NCBI GenBank assembly: GCA_049969615.1
Contig: JBMFOM010000017.1
Location: forward strand, 1 to 24,745
Length of the DNA: 24,745 nt
Direction: 5' to 3'
Source: a candidate division WOR-3 bacterium
Lineage (GTDB): Bacteria > Hydrothermota > Hydrothermia > JBDRYB01
In this document: piece by piece, positions 15,060 to 24,690 of the stretch
Position numbering within the stretch: the first letter of the stretch is position 1
Layout: each line of letters begins with the position of its first letter
Notes under the pieces: model-generated
Database searches by the model: none
What the model was told of the DNA's origin: nothing
Seen by the model: only the letters and a program-made list of their open reading frames with translations
Translations under genes and position numbers: made by a program

Positions 15060-15628
15060 CCAAGAAATTGAAGGATACAGCCCGTCAGCCCATAAAGCGA
15101 GAGCCAAGGCCAGAGAAGGTTAAGGCTGTTGAGAAGCTGAGGGAGACCTTGTCCTCCTCCACGGCTTTTTATCTGGCAGACTTCAGAGGCATTGATGTGA
15201 GTGGGTTCACCAAACTCAGGAGAACCCTCCGGAGCGCTGATTCCGGCATCCGTGTCGTCAAGAACAACCTCTTGAAGAGGGCTCTCGCCGACATGAAAAT
15301 GGAAGAGCTGGCCACGAAGATTGATGGCCAGAATGCCGTAATCTATGCCATGGGGGATGAGGTGGCTCCTGTCCGAATATTCAATGAGTTGACGAGCGAA
15401 AAAGGGGTCGGCGCCCTGAAGGCGGGAGTCCTGGCCGGTCGGGTCATCGGAGGCCAGGATCTGGATACCCTTTCCAGGCTCCCATCATCGCAGGAGCTCA
15501 GGGCCAAGGTCGCGGGGATATTCTATGCCCAGCTGGCTGGGCCGGTCTATGTTCTCAAAGGATTGCTAACTAAGCTTGTCTATGCCCTGAATGCTATCAG
15601 GGAAAACAGGGCCTCGGAGGAGGCCTAA
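15056..15628 (+). CDS. rplJ: 50S ribosomal protein L10
   Basis: DFRGIDV....LR, VVKNNLLKRA, LSRLPS..EL.A. ATGA overlap with rplA, SD GAGGAG. Confidence 0.96.
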   Translation: MTKKLKDTARQPIKREPRPEKVKAVEKLRETLSSSTAFYLADFRGIDVSGFTKLRRTLRSADSGIRVVKNNLLKRALADMKMEELATKIDGQNAVIYAMGDEVAPVRIFNELTSEKGVGALKAGVLAGRVIGGQDLDTLSRLPSSQELRAKVAGIFYAQLAGPVYVLKGLLTKLVYALNAIRENRASEEA

Positions 15629-15650
15629 AAAGGAAAAAAGGAGGCTTTAG

Positions 15651-16052
15651 ATGCCTGAGAAGAAACTTGGCGTTGAAGAGATAGTGGAAGCTGTCGGTAA
15701 TCTCACGGTTCTTGAGCTCGCTGAGCTCGTGAAAGCCATGGAGGACAAGTTCGGAGTGACAGCCGCCGCGCCCGTTGCTGTTGCGGCTGTTCCCGGAGCG
15801 GTTGCCGGAGCCGTCGCGGCCCAACCAGAAGCAGAGGAAAAGGACAGCTTTGATGTTATTCTCGTGAGCGCAGGCGCCAACAAAATACCTGTTCTCAAAG
15901 AGGTCAAGTCAATAACTGGCCTAGATCTCAAGGAGGCCAAGGCGCTGGTTGATAGCCTGCCCAAACCACTGAAGGTAGGCGTTTCTAAAGACGAGGCAGA
16001 AAAGATAAAGGAGCAGCTGACAGCGGCCGGAGCCACCGTGGAGATAAAGTGA
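15651..16052 (+). CDS. rplL: 50S ribosomal protein L7/L12
   Basis: [18 protein letters not shown], Ala-rich hinge, [18 protein letters not shown]. Confidence 0.98.
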   Translation: MPEKKLGVEEIVEAVGNLTVLELAELVKAMEDKFGVTAAAPVAVAAVPGAVAGAVAAQPEAEEKDSFDVILVSAGANKIPVLKEVKSITGLDLKEAKALVDSLPKPLKVGVSKDEAEKIKEQLTAAGATVEIK

Positions 16053-16141
16053 ACCAATGGGTTCACGGTTGTCATTTCCCGGAGTAGGACTAGAATCCTT
16101 GTCTGGAATGATAGCCATTAACCAAGCCAGGTGGTGATATA

Positions 16142-19100
16142 ATGGCCAGAATACCCAGAAGGATAGGGGCTCGGGAAGAGCCTTATCCAATGCCCGATCT
16201 TCTCATGGTCCAGCTGGAGTCCTACCGCAGCTTTCTCCAGGAGGATGTGGAGCCGGAGAAGAGGGCTAAAGAGGGATTGCATGGGCTGTTCAGCGAGGTT
16301 TTTCCCATAGAGGGCCTCCAGGGCAAATACCAGATGGAGTATATTAGTTATACCCTTGGTAAGCCAAAAATGAGCGAGGAGGAGGCCATAAAGAAAAACC
16401 TCACCTACGCTGTGCCCATTCGGCTTAAACTGCGTCTGGTTAAGAAAGACCCGAAGACCGGCAAGATCAAGGGCGAGACACGCGAGGCAGTTGAGCAGAG
16501 CGTCTATTTCGCGGACATCCCCTACATGACCGAGCGCGGAACCTTCATAATAAACGGCGTGGAGCGCGTCGTCGTTTCCCAATTACACAGGAGTCCAGGC
16601 GTTTATTATGAGCTTGAGGAAAAAGAGACCCAGATATACTCCGCGCTCCTGGTTCCATATCGCGGGCCGTGGATAAGGTTCCACATAGACGGGACAAAGG
16701 TCCTCAGCTTCACAATATCCAAACGGAAGAAACTCCCCATAACCAGGCTCCTGAAGGCCCTCGGCTTCAAAACCTCGGAGGAGATACTCTCTCTCCTGCT
16801 TGAACCGAGAACCGTTTCCCTTTCGGAAATACCAGAAGACAATCCGAATTTAATCTCTGCCAAAGACATAGCCAATCCGGAGACCGGCGAGGTCCTGGTT
16901 GAGGTTATGGGAGCTCTTGATTCCGAAGCCGTATCTGAACTCATCAAGCACGGGATCAAAGAGGTTCAGGTCTATGACCTGAACGAGCCAGAGGTTGAAG
17001 TGATGGTCTCCACCCTCAAGCAGGACAGGATTAAGGAACCTGACAAAGCCCTCTCCAACATATACAGGACCCTGAGATATACCCCGCCAAAGGATAGCCA
17101 GGAGGCCGTTGAGTTCATCCACTCTTTCTTCTTCTCACCGGATAAGCTATACCTAGGAGCAGTCGGCAGATACAAGCTGAACCTGCGCCTGAGGCACGAA
17201 GAGATGGGTTTTGCTTCATCCCCGTCATCGGATGTCATGAACCTCACACACGAGGACCTGGTGGTCATCCTCAAACGTTTGATAAACTTCTACAAGGGGG
17301 CCGAGGAGGAGGATGATGTCAATGACCTTTCCCATCGTCGTGTGCGCAGGGTAGGGGAGATGCTTTACGAGCACTTCAGGACAGCGTTCATAAGGCTCTC
17401 AAAAGCCATAAAAGAGAGGATGCTTCTTGGCGACAAAGAGAAGGAGCTCTCGCCAAAAGGGCTTGTTAATCCCAGACTCGTCAGCGCTTCCATACTTTCC
17501 TTCTTCACACAGGACAGGCTTTCCCAGTTCCTCGATCAGGTGAATCCCCTGGCTGAACTCACCCACAAGAGAAGGCTTTCTGCCCTGGGAAGAGGCGGCC
17601 TGACAAGGGAAACCGCTGGTTTTGATGTCAGGGATGTCCACCCGTCCCACTACGGCAGGCTCTGTCCCATAGAGACCTCTGAGGGACAGAACATAGGGCT
17701 TCTGATGTCCCTGACAAACTATGCTGTGGTTGATGAGATGGGTTTCATCAGGACACCTCTGAGAAAGGTGGCCGATGGAAAGATAACCGAGGAGGTAAAG
17801 AACCTTGCTCCCCACGAGGAGATAGAGAGCGCGATAGCTCCAAAGGATATACTTCTCAGGGACGGTTCCATATCACACTCCACCGTTCTCTGCCGATACA
17901 ACAGAAACTATGTTCTTGTTTCCAGGGATCATCTGGGGTTCATGGATGTCTCGCCTCGCCAGGTTGTTTCACCATCGGCTTCCCTGATACCCTTCCTTGA
18001 GCACGATGACGCCAACCGTGCCCTCATGGGTTGCAACATGCAACGGCAGGCTGTTCCCCTGCTGGTTCCTGAACCGCCCTGCGTTGGGACCGGCATGGAA
18101 GCGAGGGTTGCCAGGGACTCCGGCTGTCTTGTTCTGGCAAAGAGGCCCGGCATTGTCAAGGAGGTGGATTCAAGCCGTATAGTCATAGAGCGTGAGCAGG
18201 CACCCGAGATTTATGAGATAAACGAACACCACAGGCCAGTGGTGATTGTAGGTCAGGAGGTCAAGAAAGGCGATATGCTCGCCAAACCCGTGGAGTCCAG
18301 GGCGCGCCCCGTTATAGCGAAAGGGACAGGCACGGTCAAGGAGATAGGACCAAAAAGCATCGTTATACATCCAAAGAGCGCCAGGATGCCGGATGTCTAT
18401 GAACTGGTCAAGTTCCAGCGCTCAAACCAGGACACCATAATAGACCAGCGCCCTGTCGTGATGCCTGGGCAGAGGGTGAAGAAGGGAGATGTCATAGCAG
18501 AGAGCGTGAGCGTGGCTGATAGCGAGCTGGCTCTCGGCAAGAACCTCTCCGTTGCTTTTATCCCCTGGTATGGCTATAATTACGAGGACGCGGTCATCAT
18601 ATCCGAGAGGGTCGTGAAGGAAGACCTCCTTACCTCAATCCACATACTGGAATTTGAGGTTGAGGTCAGGGATACGAAGCTGGGACCCGAGGAGGTCACC
18701 CGAGACCTGCCCTATGTGGGTTCCGAAGACGCCCTGAAGAACCTGGATGAATATGGAATAATCAGGGTTGGAGCCGAGGTAAAACCGGACGATATACTCG
18801 TCGGCAAGGTATCCCCAAAGGGCGAGAGAGACCTTACCCCGGAGGAGCGCCTCATATACGTTATATTCTCCAAGAGGGCCAAGGATGTTAAGGACACATC
18901 GCGCCGGGTGCCACCCGGTATACATGGTGTTGTCGTTGATGTGGTTGTTCTCACAAAAATGAAGGAAGACCCTCTGTCCCAGAGGGTAATAAGGGAGCGC
19001 AAGGCCGAGGCTGAGGAGCGGTTTAAGTTTGCAAGACAGGAGGTCATCAGACAACTGCGTGAGAACCTGGCTGACGCGCTGGCCCCGGAGGGCGAGGAGG

Positions 19101-20272
19101 GGGTAAAACCCTTCCATTCCATCAAGGACAAAGAGGGAAACATCATCTGGCCTCGCAGAAAACCCTTCACGCGCGAGTTCTTCCATCAATATCACCCCAT
19201 TAGGGATGTTGTCTGGCCAGAGGTTAGGTTCGTCAAAACTGAGGCCTATGAGGTCTTCCTAAAGACCATGGAAAACGCGAAGAGGCGCCTTCTGGACATA
19301 GAGGAGGACCTCAGGGTTGAGATGGAAAGTCTTGACCGCGGAGACGAACTCCCGGCCGGCGTTCGCCAGTTGATAAAGGTCTATATAGCTGAGAAGCGAA
19401 AGTTCCAGGTCGGAGACAAGATAGCTGGCCGCCACGGGAACAAAGGTGTCTGTGCCAAGATAGTCCCGGATGAGGACATGCCCTTTTTTGATGATGGCAC
19501 TCCCGTGGACATTGTCCTGAACCCGCTTGGGGTTCCTTCAAGGATGAATGTGGGCCAGATACTGGAAACCATGCTCGGCTGGGCCGCGGTTGAGAACACG
19601 AAGCGCCTGGCGGAGCTCGTGGAGGAGGGCAATCCGAAAAAGGTCAAGGACTTCCTCCTCGCGCTTTACAAGATTCAACACGACAAGAACCTCACGCGTT
19701 GGCTCAATAACGCCACGGATTCCTGGATAATGGATCACGCCAGGGAGCTCGCTAAAAACGGCATAAGATATGCCACCCCGGTGTTTGAGGGAATCTCCAT
19801 AGACGAGGTGAAATCCCAATTGAAGCTGGCTGGCCTCCCGGAGGACAGCAAAGTCTATCTCAGGGATGGCCGAACCGGCCAGCGTTTCCTTGAGCCGGCC
19901 ATGGTCGGCTATATCTATGTGATGAAGCTCTCGCACATGGTAGAGGATAAGATACACGCCAGGGCAATAGGTCCTTACTCCCTGATAACCCAACAGCCCG
20001 TCGGTGGAAAGTCTCACTTCGGCGGCCAGAGGTTCGGCGAGATGGAGGTTTGGGCCCTTGAGGCACACGGAGCTGCCTACTCACTCCAGGAGATGTTGAC
20101 GGTCAAATCTGACGACATCAAAGGCAGAAACGCCCTCTACAAGTCCATACTCAGGGGCGGACAGGACCCGCCAAAACCATCCCTTCCCGCGTCCTTCGGG
20201 GTTCTGCTCAAGGAATTGAAGGGCCTCGCGCTGGATGTGGAGGTCTTTACAGAGGAAGAGGAGGGAGAATAA
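16142..20272 (+). CDS. rpoB: DNA-directed RNA polymerase subunit beta
   Basis: SQLHRSPG, THKRRLSALG, PFLEHDDANRALMG, GDKIAGRHGNKG, GGQRFGEMEVWALEA. Confidence 0.99.
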   Translation: MARIPRRIGAREEPYPMPDLLMVQLESYRSFLQEDVEPEKRAKEGLHGLFSEVFPIEGLQGKYQMEYISYTLGKPKMSEEEAIKKNLTYAVPIRLKLRLVKKDPKTGKIKGETREAVEQSVYFADIPYMTERGTFIINGVERVVVSQLHRSPGVYYELEEKETQIYSALLVPYRGPWIRFHIDGTKVLSFTISKRKKLPITRLLKALGFKTSEEILSLLLEPRTVSLSEIPEDNPNLISAKDIANPETGEVLVEVMGALDSEAVSELIKHGIKEVQVYDLNEPEVEVMVSTLKQDRIKEPDKALSNIYRTLRYTPPKDSQEAVEFIHSFFFSPDKLYLGAVGRYKLNLRLRHEEMGFASSPSSDVMNLTHEDLVVILKRLINFYKGAEEEDDVNDLSHRRVRRVGEMLYEHFRTAFIRLSKAIKERMLLGDKEKELSPKGLVNPRLVSASILSFFTQDRLSQFLDQVNPLAELTHKRRLSALGRGGLTRETAGFDVRDVHPSHYGRLCPIETSEGQNIGLLMSLTNYAVVDEMGFIRTPLRKVADGKITEEVKNLAPHEEIESAIAPKDILLRDGSISHSTVLCRYNRNYVLVSRDHLGFMDVSPRQVVSPSASLIPFLEHDDANRALMGCNMQRQAVPLLVPEPPCVGTGMEARVARDSGCLVLAKRPGIVKEVDSSRIVIEREQAPEIYEINEHHRPVVIVGQEVKKGDMLAKPVESRARPVIAKGTGTVKEIGPKSIVIHPKSARMPDVYELVKFQRSNQDTIIDQRPVVMPGQRVKKGDVIAESVSVADSELALGKNLSVAFIPWYGYNYEDAVIISERVVKEDLLTSIHILEFEVEVRDTKLGPEEVTRDLPYVGSEDALKNLDEYGIIRVGAEVKPDDILVGKVSPKGERDLTPEERLIYVIFSKRAKDVKDTSRRVPPGIHGVVVDVVVLTKMKEDPLSQRVIRERKAEAEERFKFARQEVIRQLRENLADALAPEGEEGVKPFHSIKDKEGNIIWPRRKPFTREFFHQYHPIRDVVWPEVRFVKTEAYEVFLKTMENAKRRLLDIEEDLRVEMESLDRGDELPAGVRQLIKVYIAEKRKFQVGDKIAGRHGNKGVCAKIVPDEDMPFFDDGTPVDIVLNPLGVPSRMNVGQILETMLGWAAVENTKRLAELVEEGNPKKVKDFLLALYKIQHDKNLTRWLNNATDSWIMDHARELAKNGIRYATPVFEGISIDEVKSQLKLAGLPEDSKVYLRDGRTGQRFLEPAMVGYIYVMKLSHMVEDKIHARAIGPYSLITQQPVGGKSHFGGQRFGEMEVWALEAHGAAYSLQEMLTVKSDDIKGRNALYKSILRGGQDPPKPSLPASFGVLLKELKGLALDVEVFTEEEEGE

Positions 20273-20273
20273 G

Positions 20274-23200
20274 ATGGCTAGACTCAAGACGGACAACATA
20301 ACGGATGTGTCCCCTATGAACCTCAAGGGGATTTCTATTTCCCTCGCCAGCCCTGAGACCATAATGCTCTGGTCATACGCGGAGCGCAAGGGCAGGGAGA
20401 GGGGAGAGGAGGGTCTCGGAGAGGTTGAGTTCCCCGAAACCATAAACTACAGGACCCAGAGGCCAGAGAAGCGAGGCCTTTTCTGCGAAAGGATATTCGG
20501 TCCCACGAAGGACTATGAGTGCGCGTGCGGCCACTACAAGGGCAAGCGCTATTCGGGGATAGTCTGCGAAAAGTGCGGCGTAGAGGTCACCACCAGCCAG
20601 GTTCGCAGGGAAAGGATGGGCTATGTGAAGCTCGCTGTTCCTGTCGCACACATATGGTTCTACAAGGTTTCCCCATCAATCATCGCTACCCTTCTTGATG
20701 TTAACAAGCTGGACCTGGAGGATGTTCTCTATTACGATGCCTACATAGTTACTGACCCTGGAGATACCCCGCTTGAGAAGGGTCAGATACTCTCGGAGAC
20801 CGATTACCGGGAAAAGAAGGAGGAGTTCGGCCCCGCATCCTTTGTGGCTGAGATGGGCGCGCCGCCCATAAAGAAGCTCCTTGAGGAGCTTTATCAGGAG
20901 ACTACCTTCTCTGATGGCAGGAGGATGACAAACCTGGAGAAGCTATACATAGAATTGCAGACCTACCTGAAGGTGGAGCGCTCCGCTCTCAAGAGGGCAA
21001 AGCTCCTTAAGAAACTGCGTATAGTTGAGGCCTTCCTGAACTCCGGAAACAACCCGGCCTGGATGATCCTTGATGTCCTGCCCGTTATCCCGCCGGATCT
21101 CAGGCCCCTGGTTCCGCTTGAGGGCGGCAGGTATGCAACATCCGATTTGAACGACCTCTACAGGCATGTCATATCACGGAACAACCGGCTCAAGCACATG
21201 ATGGACATACGCGCTCCTGAGATAATTCTCAGGAACGAGAAACGCATGCTCCAGGAGGCTGTTGACGCGCTCCTTGATAACTCCAGGCGCAAGAAGCCGG
21301 TCGTCGGGAGGGGTGGCAGGAAGCTCAAGTCCCTCTCGGATATCCTCAGGGGGAAACACGGCCGTCTGCGCAGAAACCTCCTCGGCAAGAGGGTTGACTA
21401 TTCTGGCCGTTCGGTTATCGTTGTAGGCCCGGAGCTCAAGCTCAACCAAGCAGGCCTTCCGAAGGAGATGGCGGTTGAGCTGTTTAAACCCTTCATTGAG
21501 CGCAAGCTGGAGGACAGCGGTCTCGCCAAGAGCTCAAAGAGTGCCCGCAAGCTCCTTCAGAGAAGGCACGAAGGCGTCTGGGAGATGCTTGAGGATGTGA
21601 CCAGGCGACACCCCATATGGCTGAATCGCGCCCCAACCCTTCACAGGGTCTCTGTCCAGGCGTTTGATCCTATTCTGGTTGAGGGAAAGGCCATAAAGAT
21701 TCATCCCCTTGTCTGCTCAGCGTTTAACGCTGACTTTGATGGCGATCAGATGGCTGTTCATGTTCCAATATCCCTGGAGGCCCAGTCAGAGAGCTATTAC
21801 CTTCTCTATGCGCCCCACAACATCATGTCTCCCGCGCACGGAAAGCCCCTTGCCGCACCTTCAAAGGACATGGTCGCCGGCCTCTCTTATCTGACTAAAC
21901 CTAGGGGATTTGACGGTGAACCCGTAAGGGCTTTTTCTGATTGGACTGAGGCCGTTTTGGCCTATGATTCCGGTCTGGTCGGACTCAACTCTCCCATAAC
22001 GGTCATGATAAGAGAGGAAGGTGACCCGCTGGACACAGCTTCAGGGGCTAGGTTCATCCCCATAAAAACTACGGTCGGCCGACTCCTTTTCAACAGCATA
22101 CTGCCACAGAAGCTCAGAGTAAAACTTGGTTATCTCAACGAGACCCAAGACAAAAAATCCATCCAGAACCTGGTGGCGAGGTGCTTCAAGCTCCTTGGGA
22201 CCATGGAGACCACGCGACTGCTGGATAATCTTAAGGACATGGGGTTTCATTATGCCACGGTGGCGGCCCTCACCTTTGGGATAGACGATCTCCTGGTTCC
22301 GCCCAACAAGTCCAAGATCCTTAAAAAGGCCTTTGATGAGGTGGAAAGGGTCAACTCCCTTTTCAGGGAGGGGGTGCTCTCCAGGGCAGAGCATTATCAG
22401 AACATCCTGGACATCTGGACTAGGACGACCGAGGAGGTCAAGCGCGAGCTGTCCAAGTGCATGTCAGAGGATAGGGAAGGCTTTAATCCCATCCACCTGA
22501 TAGTTACTTCCGGAGCCAGGGGCAACATGGACCAGGTTCGCCAGCTGGCTGGTATGAGAGGCCTCATGGCAAGACCTGTCAAGAAAGGCGAGATAGGTGA
22601 CCTAATAGAGACCCCGATCCTCTCATCCCTCAAAGAGGGCCTCTCATCCATGGAATACTTCATTTCAACCCACGGGTCCAGGAAATCCCTCTCTGATACC
22701 GCGCTTAAGACCGCAAACGCCGGCCACCTGACGCGCCGGTTGGTTGATGTCGCGCAGGAGGTCACCATCACCCAGGAGGATTGCGGAACAGTCCAAGGAA
22801 GACGCATGAGTGCCTTGAAGGAGGGCGAGACTGTCATAAAACCCCTCTCAGAGAGAATAATAGGACGGGTGGCCTTTGATGACATCAGGGATCCGGAGAC
22901 CGGCGAGCTGATAGTGGCTGAGGGTCAGGAAATAGACGAGGAAGCCGCCGAGAGGATAGATGCCTCTGGCATTGATGAAGTCACCATCAGGTCCGTCCTC
23001 TACTGCGAGGCTGAGCGCGGGCTTTGCGCGAAATGCTATGGTAGAAACCTCGCCACCGGACGGCCCGTTGAAATAGGCGAGGCTGTTGGCGTGATGGCCG
23101 CTCAGTCCATAGGGGAGCCCGGAACCCAGCTCACCCTGAGAACATTCCACACTGGCGGCGTTTCGGAGCGAATAGCCCAGCAGGCCGCGCACACTGCCGC

Positions 23201-24518
23201 GTTCAACGGAAAGGTTGAGTTTCGCAACCTCCTTCTGGCTGGCAAGAAAAAGGTTAGAAATGTTCTCTCGCGCAAGGGAGTTATTGTCCTGAAAGACGAG
23301 ACTAGCAAGAGGGAAAAACATTACAATATCCCGTATGGATCAAGGGTCTTTGTCTCCGATGGTCAGAAGGTTGAGCGCGGCGAGATACTCTGCGAGTGGG
23401 AACCCTATGCTCTTCCGATCCTTATTTCCAAGAAAGGAAGGCTCAATCTGGTTGATGTCGTTCCGAACATAACCCTTCGCGAGACCGTTGAGGAGAACAA
23501 GGTTGAGTATGTCATCCAAGTCTCACGCCAGCGTAGGCTTTATCCAAAGGCGGTCATACTAGACGAGAAAACCGGAAACATCCTGGAAGAGGTTGCTCTG
23601 GTCCACGAGTGCAGGCTTGCTGGCAAGGCCATAGACGCCATAAAGTCCGATAAAACGGCCGAGTCTCCACTCGTTGAGGAAGGCGAGATAATCGCGAAGA
23701 TCTCCGCCGGCATAGCCAAGACTAGGGACATCACTGGAGGACTTCCCAGGGTTGAGGAGCTCTTTGAGGCCAGAAGCCCGGCAGATAAGGCCCTGGTTTC
23801 AGAAATAGCCGGCGTGGTCTCGGTTGAGAGCCTGGAAAAGGGCGTGTTCAAGATAAAGATAGTGCCCAGAGAGGGTAGCCCCATTTCATATGATGTCCCC
23901 TATGGTCGCTATTTGCTTGTTGGCGATGGCGAGAGCGTTGACGCTGGCGAGCCTCTTACCACCGGCTCAATAGACCCCCATGATCTCCTTCGCATCAGGG
24001 GCAAGGAGTATGTTCAGGAATACCTCTTTGACCAGATTCAGGAGGTCTACAGGCTTTCGGGAGTTGAAATAGACGATAAGCACATTGAGATAATCGTCAG
24101 GCAGATGCTCCGCAAGGTCAAGATAGAGGACCCCGGAGACACCCGTTTTTTGCCCGGAGACCTAGTGGACCTTGCTAGAGTCAAGGAGGAAAACGCCAAG
24201 GTTGTTGCCTCAGGTGGAAAGCCAGCCCAGCACAAGGTTGTCCTTTTGGGCATAACAAGGGCCGCGCTTTCAACCGATTCGTTTATCGCGGCCGCCAGTT
24301 TCCAGGATACGACAAAGATCCTTTCTATGGCCGCCATATCTGCCGCAACTGACGATCTCAGGGGCCTGAAGGAAAATGTCATAATAGGGAGCATCATACC
24401 CGCTGGTACCGGCGCTCCCGCGTTCCGCGAGATCGTTCTTGAGGCCGAAAAGGAAGAGGCAGAGCTCCTCGCGAGGGAATCAGCGCGTTCCGAGAAATCT
24501 ATGGCCAAAGAGGAATGA
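20274..24518 (+). CDS. rpoC: DNA-directed RNA polymerase subunit beta'
   Basis: Zn finger, [56 protein letters not shown]. ATG 20274 follows the rpoB stop. Confidence 0.99.
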   Translation: [1414 protein letters not shown]

Positions 24519-24632
24519 CCAGTTAGGATTAGATTTATAGAGAGACCCCTGATAAAATTTGAACCCAGGGCAGTTTGTCTGAGAGGACAGGGTTCTAACC
24601 CAACTTTAGCCCATCTTTGACACCTCATTTTT

Positions 24633-24661
24633 CGTAAGTCATTGATAGGTAAGGACTTAAG
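24633..24661 (+). repeat. Third copy of the 11-7-11 palindromic site
   Basis: CGTAAGTCATT-GATAGGT-AAGGACTTAAG versus CCGAACTCATT-GACGGTC-AAGGACTTAG(A/G) at 290-318 and 4336-4308. CTGATAAAAT is also shared upstream (24549-24558). Confidence 0.7.
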
Positions 24662-24690
24662 AGGAATCAAGGCCGGGAGAAATTGGCACC

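Noticed and set aside
16142-24518. Inteins, introns or an rpoB-rpoC fusion
   Set aside because: Both frames are continuous, the extra segments look like ordinary lineage-specific insertions without intein termini, and rpoB has its own stop at 20272.
13236-24670. Many antisense and alternate-frame ORFs over nusG-rpoC (and over left-half genes)
   Set aside because: Shadow ORFs of conserved genes, with no motifs or initiation signals.
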